A stretch of DNA of 64,000 bases from Squalus acanthias (lineage: Eukaryota). The stretch lies in NCBI GenBank assembly GCA_030390025.1, contig CM059432.1, forward strand, positions 18,726,001 through 18,790,000, in the 5' to 3' direction. A program made the position numbers and the translations under genes. Below the pieces are notes generated by a model. It did no database searches and was not told the origin of the DNA. It worked only from the letters and a program-made list of their open reading frames with translations. Shown here one piece after another: positions 1 to 12,076 of the stretch. Position 1 is the first letter of the stretch. Every line of letters starts with the position of its first letter.

Positions 1-632
1 TGTTTTATGTTCCTTGATAATTAATTTCATAGTTCCTCTTTGCATCCCTAATTGTTTTTTGACTTCTCTCCTAATCTTTTTGTATTCTCCCTTATCATGC
101 ACTTCCCTGCTGTCTATGTACTTAATGTATGCCTCTTTTCTTACCCTCAATTGTTCCATTATGGCTTTATTCATCCATGGAGTCTCATTATTGTTGAGTT
201 TGTTCTTTCCTTTTAGCAGAATATGATTTTTCCTGCATTCTGTTGAACACCATTTGAAATGTTTCCCATTGCTGTTCTGCATCATTGTTTTTCCCCAAGT
301 TCTATTCTCAGCCCCTCAAAATCAACTTTTCTCCAATCTATTACCCTGATTTTCATCATACTTATGTCCTTCTCAGTTATCATCTTAAAGTGTATTATAT
401 TATGGTCACTATTGCTTATATGTTCCCTTACTTTTACTTCTCTTATCTGCTCTAATTCATTCCCCATTACTAGATCCAAAAATGAATTTTCCCTTGTTGG
501 ACTTTTTACATATTGGGTTAGAAAGGAGTCCTATACACATTGCAGGATCCCTATTCCCTTATCCCCTTTACCCCTACCTCTTCTGTCCAATTAATATTGG
601 GGTAGTTGGAATCCCCCATGATTATTATTCTA
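1..632 (-). mobile_element. Old CR1 LINE ORF2 fragment (end of APE endonuclease and linker)
   Basis: Minus ORF 282-479 reads LDLVMGNE...ISNSDHNIIHFK (SDH endonuclease motif); the IMGDxNYP-like sequence ends near 630. Confidence 0.8.
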
Positions 633-2682
633 TGATGATGTATCTCAGTGGTCCTGCATGAAGAGAAGGTTGCTGGCACAGCATCACACACATATGGAGG
701 CTTTGCATTCCATCTCACACAAATTGTGCCACATGGCTGCAGTTGTTAGCAAGTCCAATTCCTTCCTCTGTGCACAATCAGAGAGGAATACTTATTGATG
801 TAGTGCATCTTGTAGTGGCCGCTGAACCAGCTGCAGGCTCTGTAACTGCATAGAGTAACTGCCCCTCCTTGCCTCCTGGTGCTAGCAACTGGTAAGGATT
901 CCTTGCCATCCTCAGAGATAGAACCATTATCTATGCTCATTGCAGTCCTGCACATACTGCTGGGTAGCCTCACCATGGCTACTGATTGGCATTACCGTAC
1001 AGCTAAGGACAACAGGATCAATAAAGTCCTGCCTCGTGGTCCTCTCTAGACAATCCCCAAGCCCAAATAGAAGCTTGAAGAGATAGCCCAATCCACTCAG
1101 AATCCCTGGCCTTTATGGCAGCAACGTAAGCATCCATGTGAAAAGTACTAATTACCCTTAGGGCCTCTGGGAGAGAGGCTCCAGTGCTGATATTCTTGGA
1201 ATTCTCACATGCTCCATGGTGGATTGTAATGTCGCAAAATGTAAGCTACAGACTCTAAGCTAGAACTGCTTTGGACCCAAAATGTTTGAGCAGTTTTGGA
1301 AAGATGCCTGCACATTAATAGCCTTACACTGCAGGTACAACACGGGAGTGAAATTGCTAAAATATTCAATGCAGTGTCAAAAATAAAAAGATAAAGGGTT
1401 GAATAATCCTAAGGCAGCAAACTGAGAAGGCTGAAAAAAAACCTGAATGGTGTTATTGAGTGGCAAAATAAATAGCCATAGTAGTTGAGTCAGAAATGCA
1501 GGAGATGGCGAAGGTCTTCTGCATTGAATCCATCAATGAAGTGGACTGCAAGTGGACCAGCAATGCAACTTTCTCACAGTAACTTGAAGGGTCTTGAGCA
1601 ATAACTAAGAAAATGTTGCTGAGCAAAGTCATCTGCTGTTGGTGAAGCTATAGAAATAACAGAATGAAATTTTGGATCAATCTGCAAATCATGGACTTCT
1701 CTGCTAACTTTAAAGCACCAAGCAGGAGCCAGGTAATTAATATTGGCGCTGCACATTCAGTTTGAATGGCACTTTCTCCTCTTCCTGTGTTCATTATGGT
1801 CTTTGGTATAATTTAAACTATCTTCAGCTCGTTCTGAAAACCACCAGGAAGCGTAACTGAAATGAATCATGCAATCCTATGTGCGTGACATATTTACTGC
1901 CATACGTCCTCTCATCAAGGTCTCAAGGGGTTGTCAATTAGACTGGCAGTCGGAATTATTGCTGGTGTTTAGGCACAGTGAAAAATGCGAACTGATAGTA
2001 AATATGCCAATGTTGTAATTACTGTCAAATTTTAGAGCAAAAATCATTGTTATACCACTATGTCTCAAATGCCAAGAAGAAAATCAGATTTTACTTTGCA
2101 GGTGCCGACAGAAGGGATACTGTCTCACTTGTTAAGCTAGGCATAGTGTAGGCTGAATTCCCTTTATGTGATCCCTTGAATATATTTTCTAATTTAAGTA
2201 GCACGGAGTTCTGCTTCTACAGAGTACTAAACTCGGAATTTGGTGAGTAAGGGAATTTTACGGGTTTTAAATGTCGATCTCTTTCTAATATTTAGTTAAG
2301 TTAAATGCTAAATGCAAAACTTAACTTTAAGCTTAACTTGTAGTTTCTTTCACAGTGTTAGGCAGTGGTAAACAAGCTGCCTGCTAGTGGCAGTTGTACA
2401 GTTAATTAGGTGGCTAGCTAGAACTGGTTACCTGGTAATTACTGTCAGCAGGGGCTGACTTAGGTCTCTGGAATTTCTGCTAGTATAAATATAGGAGGCT
2501 TTTGCTAACACATGGAGTAAGTAGCATGGAGTCCAGCTTCTACAGATTACGAAACTTGGAATTTGGTGAGTGAGGGAAGTGGTGCTGTTCTGGTATTTGG
2601 AAAAAACAAGGAGCGCTCAGAGAGAGCGAGAGCGAGAGCGTGAGACAGCGATACCTGAGAGCTGAAGTCTAGAGACATTTTT

Positions 2683-2850
2683 GGCTGAAAAATTTGGTTG
2701 CTTTGCACCTAAGAGGGCGCTAATGGGGCGCAAAGCAACTAGCGCCCGGTTGTGGCGTCGCCAACGCCTCCCCCAATAAATTTTGGCTGCGGGGGCACTA
2801 ATTTTGGTGAAGTTAGCACCCCAAAGGGGGCGCGACTCAATTTTTCCTCC
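2683..2850. mobile_element. Short Harbinger-derived MITE (168 bp)
   Basis: Termini GGCTGAAAAATT...AATTTTTCCTCC; subterminal sequence matches the two ends of the 11719-15992 element. Confidence 0.7.
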
Positions 2851-2865
2851 TTAAATTTAATTAAT

Positions 2866-3629
2866 GGGGGAAAAATTGAGTCGCGCCCCCTTTGGGGCGC
2901 TAACTTTGCTGGGGCACTACTTTTAGCGCCCTGAAAAATTAGCGCCCCGCAGCCGAAATTCATCGGTAGCACCCCAAGAGGGAAGCGGGGTGCTACTGGA
3001 AGCGCCCCAACTCCCTCTCGGGGGCGCTGCGAGAGAATATCGTGGCGCTACATGCTGCAGTGCCATGCACTGCGGCATGTCGTGCCGTGGTACTGCAGGC
3101 CTGCCTCCCCTTCTTAAAGGGGAGGGGCCTTGCGTAGCGCGACCTGGTGCCCAGCTGGGCCACCAGGGATTGGAGTGCTGGCAAAAGAGCCCGGCACGCA
3201 AGAGAAGTGCCGTGCTCATGGATGCAGCTGGCACTCCACGGCGGGCGGGGGGGCTTCAGAAGAGGCCGGGGACGGCAACGGGGGCAGGTGCTGGCAGGTG
3301 GCCAGCAACAAAAATGGCTGCCCGGCACTTTCCCTTTATTTAGCGGCGCCCCGGCCGCAAGTAGGTCCCCCTGACCCCGTCGGACATAGTGTCCGGCGGT
3401 AAGTCAGGGGGCGCTACGGAAGATCGCGGCCGGGGCGCTGCGCACGGCGATGACGTCAGCGCTGGTAGCGCAGTGCTGCGGGGCGCTAACATTACCGCCG
3501 CCGCTAACCTCCCGCTGAATTTCGCGGGATGCATTGGCGGCGCCGCGCCCGGGCGCTAGTTGCTTTGCGCCCTGTTAGCGCCCTAAGAGGGCGCTAACGG
3601 GAGGTGCAAAGCAACCGAATTTTTAGGCT
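2866..3629. mobile_element. Harbinger-derived MITE (~765 bp, GC/CpG-rich), inverted relative to 2683-2850
   Basis: Termini GGGGGAAAAATTGAGTCGCGCC...GCAACCGAATTTTTAGGCT; repeated TAGCGCC/GGCGCTA subterminal motifs. Confidence 0.75.
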
Positions 3630-3689
3630 TCATAGTTTAAACAAGATGCTAATTAGCCTCTGAAAGAGGGAATAGAGATTTTTTTGATC

Positions 3690-4614
3690 ATGAATGGGCA
3701 GCTGATACCTGTTGCTTGCAATTCCTGTGCCATGTGGGAACTTCAGGACACATCATGTGTCTTGGATGAACCATGTGTGTAGGAAGTGTTTCCAGCTGCT
3801 TGAGCTTGAGCTCAGGGTTTCCGAGCTTGAGGGGCAGCTGGAGTCACTGCGGTGCATCAGGGAGGCGGAGAGTTTCCTGGACTGTACGTTCCAGGAGGTG
3901 GCCACCTCACAGAGTTCAGGACAGTAAATGGATGGCCATTCGGAAGAGGCAGGAAGTGCAGGAGTCTTTGGGGTGTGTGTCACTCTCAAACTGGTACACA
4001 GCAATGGAGACTGTTGGGAGTGACAACACCTTGAAGGAGTGCAGTCCAGACCATGGCACCAATGGATAAGGGACTGCACAGGGGGGTATAGCAATGTGTA
4101 GAAATGCAGTCGTTATAGGAGATTCCATAGTTAGGTGGACAGACAGGCGTTTCTGTAACTGTCACCGTGAGTCCCGCATGGTGTGTTGCCTCTCTGGTGT
4201 CAGGGTAAAGGACATCACGGAGAGGGTGCAGAATATTCTGCAGGGGGAAGGGAGTGAGCCAGAAGTCGTGGTACATGTTGGTACCAATGACATAGAGAGA
4301 GAGCAGGTGTTGAGGTCCTACAGTCAGACTCTCAGGAGCTAGGGAGGAAGTTAAAAAGTAGGACCACAAAGGTAGTAATCTCTGGATTACTCCCAGTGCC
4401 ACGCACCAGCGAGAGTAGAAATAGGAAGATAGGGAGGATCAAAATGTGGCTTGAGGCAAGGTGCAGGAGGGAGGGCTTCAGATTCTTGGGGCATTGGGAC
4501 CAATTCTGGGGCAGGAAGCACCTATTCAAAAGGGATGGGTTGCACCTCAACAGGACTGGGACCAATGTCCTCGTGGGGAGATTCACTAATGTGGTTGGGG
4601 AGGGTTTAAACTAA
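3690..4614 (+). pseudogene. CR1 ORF1: CxxC zinc finger, coiled coil and SGNH esterase domain, frameshifted
   Basis: ACNSC...HVCRKC, LELELRVSELEGQLE heptads, VIGDSIV, HVGTND and RDGLHLN, spread over ORFs 3712, 4094 and 4396. Confidence 0.85.
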
Positions 4615-5954
4615 ATTGGCAGGGGGGTGGGCACCAGCAGATAGAAGTAGAAAAGAGAAATAAGGTGGATAAAGGAGTGAGAGTGTTGGATAGTACTAGA
4701 GAAGGAAGTAGTACCAAATTAGATAGGAGCAGAATAAGAAGGTCTACGAGGAATATCAGGACAGGTTTGGAATGCATGTATGTAAACACACAGTGGGGTA
4801 AATAAGGTTGGTGAGCTACAAGCACAGTTAGCCATGTGGGAATATGATGTAATGGCAATAACGGAAACATGGCTTAAAAATGGTGAGGACTGGGTGCTTA
4901 ATATTCACGGATACAAGGGGGGTGATTTTATCAATGGGGACGTGATGGAGGTGGGAAAGCTGCTTGTTGGGCTGTAGTCCCGCCTCCATTGACGTCTGGC
5001 TTAGCCGGCCAAATAAGGGAAAGCCGGTGAGAGAACGTCAGCGTAAGACGTTGCATCTGTCAAAAATTTTTGACAATTGAATTGTCATCGTTTGACCACT
5101 TTGATAACATAAGAACATAAGAAATAGGAGCAGGAGTAGGCTATTCGGCCCTTCGAGTCTGCTTCGCCATTCAATGAGATCATGGCTGATCTTCTGCCTC
5201 AACTCCATTCACTAGCCCTATCGCAATATCCCTTGATGACCTTACTAGTCAGAATTCTATCGACTTCTGTTTTGAATATACCCAATGACTGAGCCTTCAC
5301 AGCCCTCTGGGGTAGAGAATTCCAAAGATTCACCACCCTCTGTGTGAAGAAATTTCTTCTCATCTCAGTCCTGAATGGTCTACCCTTTATCCTGAGGCTG
5401 TGGCCCCTGGTTCTAGACTCCCCAGCCAATGGAAACATTCTCCCAGCATCCACCCTATCAAGCCCTGTAATACTTTTGTTTGCTTCAATGAGATCCCCTC
5501 TCATTCTTCTGAATTCAAGAGAATACAGGCCTAGTTTACTCAATCTCTTCTCATACGACAGTCCCGCCATCCCAGGAATCAATCTCGTGAACCTTCGTTG
5601 CACTCCCTCTATGGCAAGTATATCCTTCCTTAGGTAAGGAGACCAAAACTGTACACAGTACTCCAGGTGTGGTCTCACCAAGGCCCTATATAATTGGAGT
5701 AAGACTTCTTTACTCCTGTACTCAAATCTTCTTGCAATGAAGGCCAGCATACCATTTGCCTTCCTAATGGCTTGCTGCACCTGCACATTCACTTTCAGTG
5801 ACTCATGTACAAGGACACCCAGGTCCCTTTGAGCATCTGCATTCTCCAATCTTTCACCATTTAGGAAATACTCTGCCTTTCTGTTTTTTCTACCAAAGTG
5901 GATAACTTCACAGTTATCCACATTATATTCCATCTGCCATGTTTTCGCCCACTC

Positions 5955-6487
5955 ACATAAGAACATAAGAACATAAGAAATAGGAGCAGCAGTAGGCCAA
6001 TCGGCCCTTCAAGCCTGCTCCGCCATTCAATAAGATCATGGCTGATCTGATCCTGACCTCAAATCTAAAGAACACAAGAAGTAGGAGCAGAACCCGGCCA
6101 CTCAGCCCCAGGGCCCGCTACGCCACCCACAGGGCCTCGACCGATCCGAACTCAGCCTCATGTCCAATTTCCTGCCCGCTCCCCGTAACCCCTAATTCCC
6201 TTTACTTCTAGGAAACTGTCTATTTCTGTTTTAAATTTATTTAATGATGTAGCTTCCACAGCTTCCTGGGGCAGCAAATTCCACAGACCTACTACCCTCT
6301 GAGTGAAGAAGTTTCTCCTCATCTCAGTTTTGAAAGAGCAGCCCCTTATTCTAAGATTATGCCCCCTAGTTCTAGTTTCACCCATCCTTGGGAACATCCT
6401 TACCGCATCCACCCAATCAAGCCCCTTCACAATCTTATATGTTTCAATAAGATCGCCTCTCATTCTTCTGAACTCCAATGAGTAGAG
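5955..6487 (-). mobile_element. CR1 3' fragment with doubled 3' UTR, nested in the 5106-8530 CR1
   Basis: Has its own (TTCTTATG)n tail at 5955 and splits the host RT between DRL and EWA; same family as 59265-63000. Confidence 0.85.
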
Positions 6488-7639
6488 CCTGTCGAGATCC
6501 CCTTGAAGCCTCTTCACATCCTCTTCACAAGTGACCCTGCCACCTAGCTTTGTATCATCAGCAAATTTGGAAATGTTACATTTAGTTCCCTCATCCAAAT
6601 CATTGATATAGATTGTGAATAGCTGGGGCCCAAGCACCGATCCTTGCGGTACCCCACTAGTCACAGCCTGCCATCCTGAAAAAGACCTGTTTATCCCTAC
6701 TCTTTGTTTTCTGTCTGTTAACCAATTCTTAATCCATGCTAGTATATTACCCCCAATTCCATGTGCCCTAATTTTGTTCACCAACCTCTTGTGTGGGACC
6801 TTATGGAAGGCCTTCTGAAAATCCAAATACACCACATCTACCGGTTCCCCTTTGTCTACTCCACTAGTTACATCCTCAAAGAACGCCAATAGGTCTGTTA
6901 AACAGGATTTCCCTTTCCTAAATCCATGTTGACTCTGCCCAATCTTACTATTAGTTTCTAAGTGCCCAGTTATTGCATCTTTTATAATAGATTCCAGCAT
7001 TTTCCCAACTACTGATGTGAGGCTAACAGGTCTGTAGTTCCCCGTTTTCTCTTTCCCTCCTTTCTTAAATAGCAGGGTTACATTTGCTATCCTCTAATCT
7101 GCAGGAACCATTTCAGAATCTATAGAATTTTGGAAGATGACAACCAATGCGTCCACTATCCCAATTGGCACCTCTTTCAAAACCCTAGGATATAGGTCAT
7201 CTGGTCCTTGAGATTTATCGACTTTTAGTCCCATTAATTTTGCTAGTACTGTGTTTTTACTAATAATAATTTCTTTAAGTTCCTCATTCTCGCCACACCC
7301 TTGGTTTTCTCGTATTTCTGGGAGGTTTTTTGTGTCTTCCTCCGTGAAGACAGAAACAAAGTATTTATTTAATTTCTCAGCCATTTCCTCAGTCCCCATT
7401 ATAAATTCTCCCGTCTCTGACTGTAAAGGACCTACATTTACCTTCACCAGTCTTTTCTTTTTCACATACCTATAGAAGCTTTTACAATCCGTTTTTATAT
7501 TTTTTGCTAGTTTGTGCTCATATTCCATTTTCCCTTTCTTTATCAATTTCTTCGTCCCCCTTTGCTGATTTCTAAAAAGATCCCAATCCTCAGGCTGACC
7601 ACTTTTTCTGGCAACTTTATAAGCTTCTTCCTTTGACTT

Positions 7640-7868
7640 TGATGTAAGAAAACTACTAGGCACTTGGTCTAAGCGTTAAACAAAGCTTTAATCAACTGTT
7701 TTTCAACATGGAGATCTAGTTGTGTCCTTCACCAGTTCCTGTTAAGGAATGTCCTGAGCAAGCTGGGCCCATGCCCGAATATTTATACTCTCCCTGGACA
7801 GTGCCACCAGCAGGCCGCCCAGTATTACTTCATAAGTCATTTCCACATGAATGACAAGATTCATGTCA
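7640..7868 (-). mobile_element. 229-bp solo LTR with 5-bp TSD GACTT
   Basis: TG...CA termini; GACTT at 7635-7639 and 7869-7873; minus strand carries TATAAAT followed by ATTAAA. Confidence 0.8.
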
Positions 7869-10800
7869 GACTTAATACTAGCTTTAATTTCTTTTGTTAG
7901 CCATGGTTGGATCACTTTTCCTTTTGGGTTTTTATGCCCTAGAGGAATATATGTTTGTTGCAAATTATGCATTATTTCCTTGAATGTTAGCCATTGTATG
8001 TCCACCTTCATACCTTTTAGTGTAGTCTCCCAATCTACCATGGCCAACTTCTCCCTCATACCCTTGTAGTTTCCTCTGTTTAGATTGAAGACCTTAGTTT
8101 CAGATTGGACTACATCACTCTCAAACTTAATGTAAAATTCAATCATATTATGGTCACTTGTCCCTAAAGGCCCCTTTACCACAAGATTATTGATTAGCCC
8201 TTTCTCATTACACAGTACCAGATCCAGAATAGCCTGTTCCCTGGTTGGTTCCTCCACATATTGATCCAGGAAACCATCTCGCATGCATTACAAGAATTCG
8301 TCCTCCACACCATTAGTGGTAATTTGATTTGCCCAGTCAATATGTAGATTAAAGTCCCCCATGATTACCGTATTGCCCTTGTTACATGCACTTCTAATTT
8401 CTTGATTGATACTGTGCCCTACATTACCACTACTGCTTGGTGGCCTATATAAAATACCACCAATGTTTTCCGCCCTTTGCTGTTTCTTAACTCCACCCAA
8501 ACTGATTCCAGTTCTACATCACGATCTACATCACAATCAGAAGCTGTCAAACACTGACAATCTCTGTTCTTTGGTGAGTCCTTGTATTCATTTAAGAATG
8601 CAGCGGCCATTCTGCTTTATCTGCCGGTGAGATGAGGCAGTTCCGCAGCCTAAAGGGATGAAGCCTGGAGGAAGAAGCAAAGGTAAGTAAAGCTTTTAAA
8701 ACACTTTATACTCACCTCACACTTGCACTCATCACTCACCTGCACACCAGACATTTCGACCCCTCTGACCCACGGCTCGCCTCGCTGACCCTGGCGAGGT
8801 TTGGAGCCGTCGAGAAGCCCACACTTTAGGGCTCAAAATAGGGATTAGCCAAAAAACTACCTGTTAGGTACCGGCATGGGTCGGGTAACGCCTCCTGGGA
8901 AGATGGCACGGAGGCGGGTTGGGGACGGGATGGGTACCCGCTCCCAAATTATGCCATTTTCCAGGCAGTCCCACCTCCATACCCGCCTCCCCAGGGCTGG
9001 GAAAATTGCCACCAAGGTGTTCAGAAAAGATAGAGAAGAAAAAAAGGGAGGTGGGGTAGCAGTATCGATTAGGGAAGACATTGTAGTGTTGGAAAGAGAG
9101 GATGTCCTTGAGGGGACAAGGACAGAATCCATTTGGTTAGAGTTCAGAAGCAAAAAAGTATGATCACGCTATTGGGGGTATTCTATAGGCCTCCAAACAG
9201 TGAGTGGAGAGAGATAGATGAGCAAATCTGCAGGGAAATCACAGATGTGCAAGAACTATAGAGTGGTGATATTGGGGGACTTTAATTACCCAAATATTGA
9301 CGGGGATAATGTTAGAGTAAAGGGAAAGGAGGGGGAGGAATTTCTGAAATGTGTTCAGGAGAACCTCCTTGACCAGTATTTTCTCAGCCCAACTAGGAAG
9401 GAGCCATTGCTGGATCTGGTGCTGGGGAAGTGGACCAAGTGTCTGTGGGAGGACACTTGGGTAAGAGTGATCATTGTATCATAAGGTTTAGATTAGTAAT
9501 GGAGAAGAGCAAGGAACAATCTAAAGTAGAACTTCTAAATTGGAAGAGGGCTAACTTCAATGGGATGAGAGGGGATCTAGCCAAGGTAAAATGGAACCAA
9601 AGATTGACAGGGAAAACTGTAACGGAACAATGGGTGCTCTTTAAGGAGGAGATGTTTCAGGTACAGGCTAGGTACATTCCAACAAGAGGGAAAGGTAGGG
9701 AATGAAAGCCAGGGCTCCTTGGATGACGAGGGAGATAGAGAATATGATGAAACAAAAAAAAGAGGGTGTATGATGCATGTCAGTTGAATTCTTCAAGTGA
9801 GAACCAGGCCAAATACAATAAATTGAGAGGGGAAGTGAAGAGGCAAATAAGACTGGCAAAGAGAGAATATGAGAATAGAATGGCAGTTAGCATAAAAGGG
9901 AACTCAAAAATCTTCCACCGGCATTTAAATAGTAAGCGGGTAGTAAGAGGCTAGGTGGGGCCTATTAGGGACAAAGAAGGTGGTATATGCTTAGAGGTGC
10001 AGGGCAAGGCTAGAATACTTAATGAATACTTTGTATCGGTGTTTACTAAGGAAGAGGATGCTGACAAAATATCGGTAGAAGCGGAGATGGTAGAGGTAAT
10101 GGATGGGGTGAAAACTGATCGGCAGGATGTACTGGAAAGGCTGGATAGGCTTAGAGTGGATAAGTCGCCTGGTCCAGATGGCTTGCATCCCAGGTTGCTA
10201 AGGGAAGTGGAGGTGGAGATAGCAGAAGGGCTTGCCATAATCTTCCAATCTTCCCTAGATACAGGGGAGGTGCCAGAGGATTGGAACATGGCAAATGTGA
10301 CACCCTTGTTCAAGAAAGGGTGTAAGGACAATCCTAGTAACTACAGGCCGGTCAATTTAACATCAGTGGTGGATAAGGTTTTAGAAACAATAATCAGGGA
10401 AAAAATTAACAAGCTCTTGGAAAGGTTTAAGTTAATTAAGGAGAGCCAGCACGAATTTGTAAAAGGCAGATCATGTTTGACTAATCTAATTGAATTCTTT
10501 GATGAAGTAACAGAGAAGGTTGATGAAGGGAATGCAGTGGATGTTGTCTATATGGATTTTAAAAGCGCTTGACAAAGTACCACATAAAAGGCTGGTTAAC
10601 AAAATTGAGGCTCATGGAATAAGAGGGTCAGTGTCAGCTTGGATAAGAAATTGGCTTAAGGATAGAAAACAGCGAGTTGTGGTAAATGGTTGTTTCTCAG
10701 ACTGGAGGATGGTAGACAGTGGTGTTCCCCAAGGGTCAGTGCTGGGGCCACTGCTTTTTTTGATATATATAAATAACTTGGATTTTGGAATAAAATAAGA

Positions 10801-12076
10801 TTTCAAAATTTGCCGATGATACCAAACTTGGAGGTGTGGCAAACAATGAGGAGGATACCAATCGACTGCAACAGGACATAGATAGGCGAGCAGAATGGGC
10901 AGACAAGTGGTAGATGGAATTTAATACAGAGAAGTGTGAAGTGATGCATTTTGGCAGAAGGGATAGGGAGTATAGACTTAATGGCACTGTTCTAAAGAGT
11001 ATGCAGCGACAGAGGGACCTGGGGATTCATGTGCATAGATCTTTGAAGGTGGCAGGACATATTGAGAGAGTAGTTAGCAAAGAATATGGGATCTTGGGCT
11101 TCATAAATAGAGGTATTGAGTACAAAAGCAGGGAAGTTATGCTGAACCTTTATAAAGCTCTGGTTAGGCCACAACTAGATTATTGCGTTCAGTTCTGGTC
11201 ACCACACTTTAGGAAAGATGTGAAGGTCCTTGAGAGGATGCAGGGGAGATTTACCAGTATGGTTCCAGGGATGGGGGATCTTAGCTACAAGGACAGGTTG
11301 GAGAAGCTGGGGTTGTTCTCCTTGGAGAAAAGGAGGTTGAGGGGAGATTTGATAGAGGTGTACAAGATTATGACGGGTTTGGATAAGGTAGACAAAGAAA
11401 GGTTGTTCCCATTAGCTGATAGTACAAGCACAGTAGGGGACACAGATTTAAGGTTTTGGGCAAGAGATACAGGGGAAATGTGAGGAAGAACTTTTTTACG
11501 CAGCGAGTGGTAATGACCTGGAACTCGCTGCCGATGGAAATGGTGGAAACGGAGACACTCAATAATTTCAAAAGGAAATTGGATAGACACTTGAAGGAAA
11601 TAAACTTGCAGGGCTACAGGGATAGAGCAGGGCAATGGGACAGACTGGATTGCTCTACAGAGAGCCGGCACGGACTCAATGGGCCGAATGGCCTCCTTCT
11701 GTTCTGTAATGACTCTATGGGGTAGAAATTAGGTCGCGCCCCATTTGGGGCGCAAATATCGTCCGCGCGCAAATATTAGCGCCTGGCGCTAATTATCGGC
11801 ACTGACAGGAAACTTCACTTTTACCGCCCCGGGAGGTGAGTGGAGCGCTAAATTAGGCGCTGCACACCTCTCTTAAGGCGCAAAGGCCTAGGAGTGAGGT
11901 GCTACTCAGCGCGCGAGCGCAGCACAGGTGCTGCCAGTTAGCGAGGGAACACAGACACACTGGCGCCGGCCAGTTCTTAAAGGGGTGGGGGCCAACTTGC
12001 TCCCCAGCCACACCCTGCTCATTGCAGCCTTGAATCTCAGCCTGCAGAGACCTGTGAATCCATTTTGCTGCCAAGG

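Larger units (their letters stand above)
5106..8530 (-). mobile_element. 5'-truncated CR1 LINE (ORF2 from endonuclease to 3' tail)
   Basis: Minus ORFs 8288, 7742, 7094, 6158 and 5199 carry APE and RT motifs; (TTCTTATG)n tail at 5106-5123. Confidence 0.9.
4918..9013. mobile_element. Harbinger-type MITE inserted in CR1 ORF2 (TSD AAG), itself carrying a nested CR1
   Basis: Host reads GGATAC-AAG|...|AAG-GTGTTCAG. Termini GGGGGTGATTTT...AAAATTGCCACC. The right arm is the reverse complement of the left arm of the 53709-54574 MITE. Confidence 0.8.
2195..11718 (+). mobile_element. Near full-length CR1 LINE (5' UTR, ORF1, ORF2, 3' tail), interrupted by Harbinger MITEs at 2683-2850, 2866-3629 and 4918-9013; tail resumes at 15993-16001
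   Basis: ORF1 3690-4614. ORF2 pieces 4770-4917 and 9014-11640 carry [34 protein letters not shown] and KFADD. Tail (ATGACTCT)n at 11709-11718. Confidence 0.9.

Noticed and set aside
2866..3629. CpG island as a host promoter
   Set aside because: The CpG-rich stretch is bounded exactly by Harbinger termini.
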